A stretch of DNA of 15,603 bases. Origin: Chloroflexaceae bacterium. GTDB taxonomy: Bacteria; Chloroflexota; Chloroflexia; Chloroflexales; Chloroflexaceae. Below, in pieces: positions 7,371-14,429 of this stretch. The DNA lies in assembly GCA_025454695.1 (NCBI GenBank), contig JALONX010000171.1, positions 1 to 15,603 of the forward strand, given 5' to 3'. Under the pieces are notes generated by a model, which ran no database searches, was not told the DNA's origin, and worked only from the letters and a program-made list of their open reading frames with translations. The translations under genes and the position numbers were made by a program. Every line of letters begins with the position of its first letter. The first letter of the stretch is position 1.

Positions 7371-7412
7371 GGTTCTCGGTTCTCGGTTCTTGGTTCCTGG
7401 TGCCTGGTTCTC
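7371..7412. repeat. Heptanucleotide tandem array (GGTTCTC) of about 6 units.
   Basis: ggttctc ggttctc ggttctt ggttcct ggtgcct ggttctc. CATCGT(C) heptamers precede it at 7300-7320. Confidence 0.7.
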
Positions 7413-7422
7413 TCGTCAGCGT

Positions 7423-8967
7423 TCAGCGCTCGCTTGGCCGCACGATGTGGTAGGCACAGTTGATGCCGCTCATCGTCACGCTGACGACGCCGATACCGGG
7501 GTGGGTGTCGGCCCCCACCAGCAGCAGGTTGCGCACGTCGGTCTTGTGCTGGAAGCGCTTGAAGGCGAACTGGTCAATCGTCATCTGTGCGCCCCAGCCG
7601 CCGCCCCACTTCGCCAGGTAATCCTCGTAGGTCAACGGCGTCCCGCATGTCACATAGTCGAGTCCGGCGCTGATGCCGGGAAAGACCTGCTCGGCCATGG
7701 CCATCGCCCGCGTGAAGGCAGCCTGTTTGCGGCTTTCATAGTTTGCATCGCGTTGCCAATCGGCATAGCGGCAAAACTCCGGGTCGAAGTAGATGATTTG
7801 CAGGGCATGCTTGCCCGGCGGGGCCAGGCCCTTGTCCTTAAACGACGAGTTGCAAAAGCAAATCATGCGCAAGTCGTCGGTAGACTGGTAGTAGTCATCA
7901 ATGTAGAGCGTGTGCGGGTCGGTGCCGGGCGGAAACACTCGCTCGTCTACCCCGGCGAAGATGGTGAAGAAGGAGTCGGTGAACGTCATCCGATCCACCT
8001 TTTCCAGCGTGGCCGGTCGTAGCCACTGCTCCTCCACCAGCGGCTTCACCTCCGTCCCCACCCGCCCAAAGGTGTTCACCACACCCGCGTTGGAAACGAC
8101 GTGAGTCGCATGGATGATGCGCCCATCGTTCAGTTCCACGCCGTGGGCCACGCCATTGCTGATGCAGACGCGGCGCACCGAGGCACGGTAGTGCAGCTGG
8201 CCGCCGTGCTTTTCCAGCCCGCGAATGAGCAGCCGGGCCAGTTCGCCGCTGCCGCCCTTGGTGAAGCTGCCGCCGCCTTTGTGCCGCTCGATCAGCACCA
8301 GCGCCGCCAGAATAGCCGGGGCGTTGTCAATGTCGGAGTAGCAGAAGGCCACAAACTCGGCGTTGATAATCGCCCGCAGCTCGCGGCTGGCGATGTAGCG
8401 GTCAAACAGATCGCCCAGCGAGCGATTGGCCCAGTAGTTGATGGCCAGCAGCCTGTCCAGCGGCACCCGCCAGACCAGCCGCAGCAGCGCGGCAGGGTCG
8501 TCCAGCGGCAGGTTGGGCATGCCCACAAACATGCGGTGCAGCTCCTCCAGCTGAGCGTAGAACTCCCGAATGCCCCACTCATCAGCGGGAAAGGCCGCCA
8601 CCAGCTGCTCGACGTACTCCTCGGTGGAGCCTGCCACCCGCAGGCAGCCCCGGGGGTGCCGGAAGGTGTAGTAGCTGTCGTAGTGGCTCAGTTCGGGGTA
8701 CTCGCCGATTTCGTCAAACACCTGCTGGTGGTAACGCATGTTGCCCCGCGTCGCGTCCATGCCGAAGAAGAGCTTCGGGCCAACGTCGAAGCGGTACTGC
8801 TTGTGGGGAAACGTCTGGGCCGAGCCGCCCGGCAGGTAGTGCTGCTCCAGCACCAGCACGCTTTTGCCACGGGCCGCGCAGAGGGCAGCAGTGGTGAGTC
8901 CACCGATTCCGGCCCCGATCACAATCACATCGTAATAGTCTTGCAGTGGTTTTGCGTTTGCTGGCAT
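7423..8967 (-). CDS. CrtI/phytoene-desaturase-family FAD-dependent oxidoreductase.
   Basis: N-terminal Rossmann motif YDVIVIGAGIGGLTTAALCAARGKSVLVLEQHYLPGGSAQTF. At 514 aa it has the typical CrtI-family length. ATG at 8967-8965. Confidence 0.8.
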   Translation of the reverse strand: MPANAKPLQDYYDVIVIGAGIGGLTTAALCAARGKSVLVLEQHYLPGGSAQTFPHKQYRFDVGPKLFFGMDATRGNMRYHQQVFDEIGEYPELSHYDSYYTFRHPRGCLRVAGSTEEYVEQLVAAFPADEWGIREFYAQLEELHRMFVGMPNLPLDDPAALLRLVWRVPLDRLLAINYWANRSLGDLFDRYIASRELRAIINAEFVAFCYSDIDNAPAILAALVLIERHKGGGSFTKGGSGELARLLIRGLEKHGGQLHYRASVRRVCISNGVAHGVELNDGRIIHATHVVSNAGVVNTFGRVGTEVKPLVEEQWLRPATLEKVDRMTFTDSFFTIFAGVDERVFPPGTDPHTLYIDDYYQSTDDLRMICFCNSSFKDKGLAPPGKHALQIIYFDPEFCRYADWQRDANYESRKQAAFTRAMAMAEQVFPGISAGLDYVTCGTPLTYEDYLAKWGGGWGAQMTIDQFAFKRFQHKTDVRNLLLVGADTHPGIGVVSVTMSGINCAYHIVRPSER

Positions 8968-8971
8968 AAGG

Positions 8972-8999
8972 GAGTTACGAGTTACGAGTTACGAGTTAT
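8972..8999. repeat. Heptanucleotide tandem array (GAGTTAC) of 4 units.
   Basis: gagttac gagttac gagttac gagttat, immediately upstream of the crtI-like start codon. Confidence 0.7.
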
Positions 9000-9125
9000 A
9001 AATTATGAACAGGCAAAGGAATTGAAGGAAATGAGGGAAATATGTTGCGTAGTCTGTTCAAAAAGTTTTCTTATGTTTTGCTCTGCTTCAGCCACTGAAT
9101 GAATTCGGCGTCTGAACGGCTCAAA

Positions 9126-9510
9126 CACGCTGATGAGCTTTAAAAATGAAAACGGGTATACGGGCTGGCCGTAGCCCTACTATAGTCTGTGAACGACGTT
9201 TTCTTGGCTCCAACGAACGGCGTTGTCATTCCGACCGTAGGGAGGAATCGGCATGGTTCTGCGTTGAAGACCCCTCCCTGCGGTCGGGGTGACACCGAGC
9301 CTGCATGGCAGAAAACTTTTTTATAGACTACTAAAGAGCGCGGCTAGGGACAGGCAGCCCGCCTACGCGAGCTATACCGGATGTAATGTTTCATCTTCAT
9401 CAGCGTGTTGCTTATGAGTTTTAAGAAATTAAACGGGTATATTTGCTAGCCGTAGCCCTAAAGGGCGCGGCTTGAAGCTGCGAAGCCCACCTGCGCGGGC
9501 TATACCGGAT
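9126..9510. repeat. Duplicated ~110-bp intergenic element. Copy 1 spans 9126-9179 plus 9333-9382 and is split by a 153-bp insert (9180-9332). Copy 2 spans 9401-9510.
   Basis: ...tgatgagctttaaaaatgaaaacgggtatacgggctggccgtagcccta | aaagagcgcggctagggacaggcagcccgcctacgcgagctataccggat aligns at about 80% identity with ...ttatgagttttaagaaattaaacgggtatatttgctagccgtagccctaaagggcgcggcttgaagctgcgaagcccacctgcgcgggctataccggat. The insert contains a 15-bp perfect RNA stem (9231-9245 / 9273-9287, one G-U pair) that extends to 21 bp. Confidence 0.6.
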
Positions 9511-9518
9511 TTCTGATC

Positions 9519-9559
9519 ACGCAGTACGCAGCACGCAGTACGCAGTTCGCAGTATGTAG
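9519..9559. repeat. Heptanucleotide tandem array (ACGCAGT) of about 6 units.
   Basis: acgcagt acgcagc acgcagt acgcagt tcgcagt atgtagt, immediately after the sirtuin stop codon on the minus strand. Confidence 0.7.
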
Positions 9560-10324
9560 TTACCCTTCCACCTCGCCATCATCTGGCCATGCTGCTGCGA
9601 CGAGCGCCGGGAGCAACGTGCCTGCCTTGCCGTTCAGCCGAAAGAGCGGTGGTGTGGTTTTGTCCTCAACATCAAGATTGATAAAAATTACCGTTGCGCC
9701 AAACTTCAGCGCCACCTGGGGCAGCGAGGCCGCCGGTTCCACCATGCCCGAGGTGCCGATGGAGAAGAAGAAATCGCATGTGGCGCTGGCCTCAATCGCA
9801 TTGTTCAAAGCCTCTTCCGGTAGCCGCTCGCCAAACCAGACCACGCCGGGCCGCAGCGGGCTGCCGCAGATGGTGCAGCGGGGCGGCACCGCCTTGGACT
9901 CATCCCAGGTCTCGGCGGGGTGGCCGTTGGCAAAGCAGCGCGTGCGACGGATGTTGCCATGCAACTCGATCACGGCGCTGCTCCCGGCCAGCTGGTGCAG
10001 GCTGTCCACGTTCTGGGTGATGAGGGTGAGGCGGGGTACTAGCCGTTCCAGAGCCGCCAGGGCGTGGTGGGCCGGGTTGGGCGCGGCTGCTTCCACCAAC
10101 TGCCGCCGCCATGCATACCATTCCCAGACCAACTTCGGGTTGCGCTGAAACGCCTCCGGCGTGGCCAGTTCCTCCGGGCGATACTGCGCCCACAGGCCGG
10201 TCATCGCATCGCGGAAGGTGGGCAGGCCGCTTTCCGCCGAAATGCCCGCGCCAGTCAGTGCCACCACATGGCGAGCCAGACGTAGAGCACTGACTAATTC
10301 GGTTGGTAGATTAAAATCTGACAT
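9560..10324 (-). CDS. cobB: Sir2-family NAD-dependent protein deacylase (CobB-type sirtuin).
   Basis: VALTGAGISAESGLPTFRD, QNVDSLH and ELHG motifs plus a Zn-binding C..C...C..C motif. ATG at 10324-10322. Confidence 0.85.
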   Translation of the reverse strand: MSDFNLPTELVSALRLARHVVALTGAGISAESGLPTFRDAMTGLWAQYRPEELATPEAFQRNPKLVWEWYAWRRQLVEAAAPNPAHHALAALERLVPRLTLITQNVDSLHQLAGSSAVIELHGNIRRTRCFANGHPAETWDESKAVPPRCTICGSPLRPGVVWFGERLPEEALNNAIEASATCDFFFSIGTSGMVEPAASLPQVALKFGATVIFINLDVEDKTTPPLFRLNGKAGTLLPALVAAAWPDDGEVEG

Positions 10325-10385
10325 AAAACGAACGGACTCACTGGGCGTGGTGTGCTATGTTGACCACAGTTTCACCATAACACAG

Positions 10386-11345
10386 CTAGGGGCACGGCGC
10401 AACGGTGGATTGGCCCCGCTCGCCACGAAGCCAGCGCAGCACGCGGCCATCAATGGCGGCCAGGCCCAGGCCGATGCAAGCCATGCCCACAAAGTCTTGC
10501 CAGTTGAGCCGCTCGCCCAGCAGGCCCATGCCCAGCAGCAAGGCACTCACCGGGATAAGAAAGGTTACCAGAAGCAGGTTGGTAGCCCCTGCCGTTGCCA
10601 GCAGCCGAAAGTAGATGATGTAGGCCAGGGCGGTGCTGAGCAGCGCCAGGCCTAGCAGTGCGCCCCATGTCACCAGGCTGGGCGCAGGGAGTGCCCACGG
10701 TTGATCGAGCAGCAGCACCACTGGCAGCATCAGCAGGCTGGTGCATGTGATCTGCCCTGTGGCGGTGACCAGGGGCGGCACCTCGCGGAAGCGTTTGCCG
10801 AAGATGCCCGCGCAGGCATAGGAAATGGCCGCTCCCACCACTGCCAGTTGGGCCAGCACATTCAGCCCCAGGCCGCCCAACGTGTCCGGCCCAATCATTA
10901 CCACGACGCCAATGAGACCAGACACCACCCCGACCATGCGATTGGTCGTCAGCCGCTCATCTTTCGTCAGCACATGGGCCAGCAGCACCGTCCACAATGG
11001 CGTGGTGGCGTTGAGAATGGAGGCCAGGCCGCTGGCAATCTGGGTCTGGCCCCAGAAGATCAGACTGAAGGGCAGCATGTTGTTGAGCAGGCCCATGATG
11101 GCGAATTGCCCCCACAAGGCCAGCGAGGTCGGCATGCGTTGCCCCGCCAGCAGCACAAGCACATGCAGTGCGACGGCAGCCAGCCCCACCCGCGCCAGCA
11201 CCACGCTGAATGGCGGCAGCTCAGCCAGGGCCACTTTGCTGAAGAAAAACGAACCACCCCAAAGCACCGACAGCAGCAACAACAGCCCCCATTCCAGCGG
11301 CCCCATCACTCGATTTTGTGCGTTCACAAACAACTCCTTCTCCAT
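10386..11345 (-). CDS. EamA/DMT-family (drug/metabolite transporter) membrane protein.
   Basis: Polytopic hydrophobic ORF. WGGSFFFSKVAL begins the first EamA half, and a second half follows. The start is uncertain: ATG at 11345 (MEKEL) is chosen here, with alternatives ATG 11306 (MGPLEW) and TTG 11453. Confidence 0.65.
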   Translation of the reverse strand: MEKELFVNAQNRVMGPLEWGLLLLLSVLWGGSFFFSKVALAELPPFSVVLARVGLAAVALHVLVLLAGQRMPTSLALWGQFAIMGLLNNMLPFSLIFWGQTQIASGLASILNATTPLWTVLLAHVLTKDERLTTNRMVGVVSGLIGVVVMIGPDTLGGLGLNVLAQLAVVGAAISYACAGIFGKRFREVPPLVTATGQITCTSLLMLPVVLLLDQPWALPAPSLVTWGALLGLALLSTALAYIIYFRLLATAGATNLLLVTFLIPVSALLLGMGLLGERLNWQDFVGMACIGLGLAAIDGRVLRWLRGERGQSTVAPCP

Positions 11346-11471
11346 GTGGTTCCAGCCCAAGTCTAGCTGGTGGCCAGGCGAGCGGCTATCCGTTTCTTGC
11401 GCTGTAATTGGGGCTATGTTCAGCTGTGGGGCAGGCCAATTTTCAATCTCCAACCTCTTTCACGATAGGGC

Positions 11472-11500
11472 TTGACATGTGAGTAGATTAGTGTTATTAT
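11472..11500 (+). promoter_or_regulatory. Near-consensus sigma-70 promoter for the MVP-like gene, overlapped by a 17-bp palindromic operator candidate.
   Basis: TTGACA (11472-11477), a 17-nt spacer, then TATTAT (11495-11500). The perfect palindrome AGTGTTAT-T-ATAACACT (11490-11506) overlaps the -10 element. Confidence 0.55.
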
Positions 11501-11594
11501 AACACTATATTAAGTGCCAAGACAACACTATCATTGCAAGTTTCAGATCATTCGAGCTAGCCAGCTAGAACGTTACCGCGTTGCAATGCTGACT

Positions 11595-11622
11595 CAATCT
11601 GCAATCTGCAATCTACAATCTG
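11595..11622. repeat. Heptanucleotide tandem array (CAATCTG) of 4 units in the 5' leader of the MVP-like gene.
   Basis: caatctg caatctg caatcta caatctg, ending 4 nt before the AGGAGG RBS. Confidence 0.7.
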
Positions 11623-11637
11623 CTACAGGAGGTCATT

Positions 11638-13026
11638 ATGCTGTTTCCCCGCCTCTACTTCCTCAAGGAAAACGAACAACTGCTGATTGAAAGCTTCACC
11701 AGCCGACGCGTGGTGAATGGCCCAACCACCTATGTTGCCCCGCCACTGACGCTGGCCACCCGCCGCAGTGGCATGACACTGGAGCCGACCGACTATCTGC
11801 GGGTGCGCAATGTGCTGACGGGCGAACTGCGCAACGAGATCGGGCCGCAGCTCTTCTTCCCCGGCCCCAACGACGAAGTGATGGATCGACTCACGGCCAT
11901 GCCGCTGAAGCAGAACCAGTACATGCGGCTGATTGACCGCCGCAACGGGGTAATCCGGGTGGTGCGCGGCGAGGCCAGCGTAGTGCTTGGCCCAACCGAG
12001 GAGATTCTCGAAAGCGCCCGCGACGGCATCAACATTGACGAACGCACGGCGGTGCTGGTGCGCAACCTGGCCAGCGGCGAGCTGCGCCTTGTTACCACGC
12101 CGCAGGTGTTTGTGCCCGCGCCAACGGAAGAATTGGTGGAGGTGCGCAAGCGGGTGGTGTTGGAAGACCACGAGATGGTGGTGATTAAGGAGCGCAGCGG
12201 GGCCTACCGCTTCCGGCGGGGCAACGACGCCGAGCGTTCGTTTTTCCTTGCGCCCTACGAAGAACTGGTGCAGTTTCGCTGGTCGAGCGGGCTGCACAAA
12301 GACCGCAAGGAGCTGCGAGTAACGCAGATTGACATGCGGCCCAAATTTATGTGGTACGACTTTGAAGTGCGCACCCAGGACAATGTGGAACTCGTCATCG
12401 GCATCACCTTCTTCTGGCAGATTGTGGACGCCGAAACGATGGTGCGCACCACCGACGACATCACCGGCGATGTGTGTGCCCACGCCCGCAGCGTGATCAT
12501 TCAGGCCGTCTCGCAGGCGTCGTTGGAGCGCTTTCTGGCCGGGTTTAATGCGATTATTGCCGATGCTGTGGTGCGCCCCGCCGACCCGTTTTATACCGAA
12601 CGGGGCGTGCTCATCCATGCGGTCGAGGTGCGCTCCATCGTCTGCAAAGACGCAGGCACGCAACGCATTTTGCAGGAGATTATTCAGGAGACGACGAACC
12701 GGCTCAACCGCATTCAGCAGCAGGAAAGCGAAAACGAGGTGCAGCTGCGCCAGATCAACGGCGCGATTGAGGCAGAAGCCTTGCGCCGCCAGTTGCTAGA
12801 AACGCGCCGCGAGGTGGCTCAGCTGGAAGCCCAGATCGCAGGCGGAGCCGAAAGCGAACGGGTGCAGGCCTTTCTGCTCGGGCTAGGCGACCTGCCCGTG
12901 GCCGAGAAGCTGGCCATCTTCACCACGCTGCGCAAGCAGGAGGCGCTTCAGGCCCTCAGCGGCGGCACGGCCCAGCTCTACTTCACCCCCGCCGAGGTGG
13001 ATTTGCACATCGAAAGCCGAACGTGA
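11638..13026 (+). CDS. MVP-repeat / SPFH (band-7)-like protein, a bacterial homologue of the major vault protein. It has five ~42-aa vault-like repeats, a shoulder-like domain and a coiled coil.
   Basis: ATG 11638 with a perfect RBS AGGAGG (11626-11631). Residues 15-200 form five tandem ~42-aa modules sharing h.h...G(E).R...GP..F.P.P.EEh: RRVVNGPTTYVAPP / TGELRNEIGPQLFFPGPNDEVM / NGVIRVVRGEASVVLGPTEEIL / SGELRLVTTPQVFVPAPTEELV / SGAYRFRRGNDAERSFFLAPYEELV. Then comes VELVIGITFFWQIVDAE...SVIIQAVSQASLERFLAGFNAII (SPFH-like), then a heptad-rich helix (NRLNRIQQQESENEVQLRQINGAIEAEALRRQLLETRREVAQLEAQ). Confidence 0.6.
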   Translation: MLFPRLYFLKENEQLLIESFTSRRVVNGPTTYVAPPLTLATRRSGMTLEPTDYLRVRNVLTGELRNEIGPQLFFPGPNDEVMDRLTAMPLKQNQYMRLIDRRNGVIRVVRGEASVVLGPTEEILESARDGINIDERTAVLVRNLASGELRLVTTPQVFVPAPTEELVEVRKRVVLEDHEMVVIKERSGAYRFRRGNDAERSFFLAPYEELVQFRWSSGLHKDRKELRVTQIDMRPKFMWYDFEVRTQDNVELVIGITFFWQIVDAETMVRTTDDITGDVCAHARSVIIQAVSQASLERFLAGFNAIIADAVVRPADPFYTERGVLIHAVEVRSIVCKDAGTQRILQEIIQETTNRLNRIQQQESENEVQLRQINGAIEAEALRRQLLETRREVAQLEAQIAGGAESERVQAFLLGLGDLPVAEKLAIFTTLRKQEALQALSGGTAQLYFTPAEVDLHIESRT

Positions 13027-13100
13027 GGAAATTAAAGGAAATAAAGGAAATGGCACAACGATGCAATCCCCCTCATTTCCTTTATCTCCCTCACTTCCCT
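13026..13100 (+). terminator. Imperfect AT-rich hairpin immediately after the MVP-like stop codon; a candidate terminator or attenuator.
   Basis: A perfect 12-bp core (13041-13052 pairing with 13074-13085) is extended by an imperfect ~26-bp stem around a 21-nt loop. There is no clean U-tract on the plus strand. Confidence 0.3.
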
Positions 13101-13106
13101 GCGCCT

Positions 13107-13140
13107 TACGCAGTACGCAGTACGCATCATCGCTCATCGT
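13107..13140. repeat. Heptanucleotide arrays: TACGCAG x3 followed by TCATCG(C) x2.
   Basis: tacgcag tacgcag tacgca tcatcgc tcatcg. These are the same two heptamer families seen at 9519-9559 and 7300-7320. Confidence 0.6.
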
Positions 13141-13146
13141 TTTCCG

Positions 13147-13175
13147 TTGACACTGCCCTATGGGAGAGCTATAAT
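13147..13175 (+). promoter_or_regulatory. Perfect-consensus sigma-70 promoter for the Fur-family gene.
   Basis: TTGACA (13147-13152), a 17-nt spacer, then TATAAT (13170-13175). The imperfect inverted repeat CCTATGGGAG (13158-13167) / CTCCTATAGG (13189-13198) flanks the -10 element and predicted TSS. Confidence 0.55.
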
Positions 13176-13203
13176 CCCTGCACGCTTCTCCTATAGGTGC
13201 GCG

Positions 13204-13677
13204 ATGGAACATTCCGACATGATTCAGCATCTCCGGGCGCAAGGGCACCGGCTCACGCCACAGCGTCGCCTGATCATCGAGGTGCTGCAAGGCAGCGATC
13301 ACCACCTCAGCGCCGATGAGATCGCCCAGCAGATTACCCTGCGCTACCCAACGATTAAGCTCGACCAGGCGACGGTCTACCGCACCCTGAACTGGCTCCA
13401 CGGCACAGGCCTGGTGAGCGCCACATGGCTCGGCCAGAGCCACATGGTCTACGCCGATGCGGGCCGCCACCAGCACCACCACCTGATCTGTGTGCAGTGC
13501 CAGGCCAGCATCGAGGCCAACCCGCAGCTGTTTGAACCGCTGCGCGAGTCGCTGCTGCGCCACTACGGCTTCGCCGCCCGCCTCGACCACCTGGCGCTAT
13601 TCGGGCTGTGTGCGGCGTGCCAGCAGGCGGCAGGGGGGCAGCTTTTTGCCACAGAGAACACAGAGGACACAGAGTAG
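13204..13677 (+). CDS. Fur-family metalloregulator (Fur/Zur/PerR-like).
   Basis: LTPQRRLIIEVLQGSDHHLSADEIAQQI....IKLDQATVYRTLNWLHGTGLV...HHHLICVQCQ is a Fur-family winged helix with an HHH..C..C metal site. ATG 13204. The track start at 13147 is a TTG that overlaps the promoter. Confidence 0.8.
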   Translation: MEHSDMIQHLRAQGHRLTPQRRLIIEVLQGSDHHLSADEIAQQITLRYPTIKLDQATVYRTLNWLHGTGLVSATWLGQSHMVYADAGRHQHHHLICVQCQASIEANPQLFEPLRESLLRHYGFAARLDHLALFGLCAACQQAAGGQLFATENTEDTE

Positions 13678-13688
13678 GACAGATTGGC

Positions 13689-14411
13689 ATGCAAAACGAT
13701 GGATCTTCCACGCCCCTGCCCTGGCGCTGGCGCGATGTGCTGTGGGCTATATTGCTGGTGGTGGGTGGGGGCGCGGCGCTGGTGCTGGGGGCGCGGGCGC
13801 TGGTGCAGCTCGCTGGCATCAGCCCCGGCACTGGCCTGGCCTCGCCGCTGCTCTATGTCATGGGCGTTGGCGTGTATGTGCTGATGATGGTAGGAGTATA
13901 CCTGTTTGCGGCCCGCAAGGGTGGCTGGGCCAGCCTGGGCGTGCGGCCTGCGCCAACAGCGGCCATGTGGGTGGCCGTGCCACTGTGCCTGTTGGGGATG
14001 CTGTTAGGGGGAATGATTAACATTGCTATTGCCGCGTTGAGCGGACGCGATTTTGAAAACCCCCAGGTCAACGCGCTGACGGGCGGGCAGGCTTTTACGC
14101 TGCCGCAGTTGGTGCTGGTTTTTCTGTTGATCGCGGTGCTGGTGCCGGTAGCTGAAGAACTCCTGTTTCGCGGCATGATCTACCCGTTGCTGCGGCAGCG
14201 CTGGGGCGTAGCGCTGGCGGTGCTGGCGAATGCGGCCATTTTTGCCGTGTTCCATGTGATTCCGGTGCTGTTTCCCTCGCTGTTTGTGGCCGGGCTGTTT
14301 TTGGCCCTGCTACGAGAAACCAGCAAATCCATCGTGCCCTGTATTCTCTACCATGGCGTGCAAAATGGCCTGGCCCTGATTCTGATCAACGCTGCTCTGG
14401 CGGGGGCATAA
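13689..14411 (+). CDS. CPBP-family (CAAX protease / Abi) intramembrane glutamic metalloprotease.
   Basis: Multi-TM protein with VPVAEELLFRG (EExxxR) and FAVFH (FxxxH) motifs and a downstream H. ATG 13689 lies 11 nt after the fur-family stop. The track start at 13608 overlaps fur. Confidence 0.8.
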   Translation: MQNDGSSTPLPWRWRDVLWAILLVVGGGAALVLGARALVQLAGISPGTGLASPLLYVMGVGVYVLMMVGVYLFAARKGGWASLGVRPAPTAAMWVAVPLCLLGMLLGGMINIAIAALSGRDFENPQVNALTGGQAFTLPQLVLVFLLIAVLVPVAEELLFRGMIYPLLRQRWGVALAVLANAAIFAVFHVIPVLFPSLFVAGLFLALLRETSKSIVPCILYHGVQNGLALILINAALAGA

Positions 14412-14429
14412 CGCGACAAACTCACTACT

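Noticed and set aside
9030-9101. Small Cys-rich peptide ORFs: 23 aa MREICCVVCSKSFLMFCSASATE, and an 18-aa ORF in another frame.
   Set aside because: They have no RBS, lie in AT-rich repeat DNA with atypical codon usage, and are too short to support without conservation evidence.
6355-9102. Long + strand ORFs at 6355-7221, 7255-8022 and 8101-9102.
   Set aside because: They are antisense to the ThuA-like and CrtI-family genes, which have clear motifs. The products are low-complexity and lack RBS support.
9207-9301. tRNA-like or structured RNA.
   Set aside because: There is a long stem-loop with a short closing stem, but no cloverleaf, no T-loop GTTCRANYC and no anticodon-arm geometry. It is reported only as a hairpin inside the 153-bp insert.
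10355-11475. Several ORFs opposite the EamA transporter: 10450-10746 minus, 10701-11366 + and 10825-11475 +.
   Set aside because: They are shadow frames of a hydrophobic membrane-protein gene. The products are Gln/His/Pro/Ser-rich with no domain resemblance.
11623-12663. 346-aa minus ORF, with nested ORFs at 11793-12149 and 12255-12500.
   Set aside because: It is antisense to the MVP-like gene, which has a perfect RBS and promoter and a structured repeat architecture. The product is His/Gly/Ala-rich.
12883-13590. 235-aa minus ORF.
   Set aside because: It is antisense to the Fur-family gene and the 3' end of the MVP-like gene. The Fur-family frame has the diagnostic HTH and HHH..C..C motifs.
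13608-13688. Track start of the CPBP ORF at 13608, overlapping fur by 70 nt.
   Set aside because: The first codon is non-ATG and lies inside the fur-family coding sequence. The ATG at 13689 gives a normal 11-nt intergenic gap and a protein that begins with the expected N-terminal TM segment.
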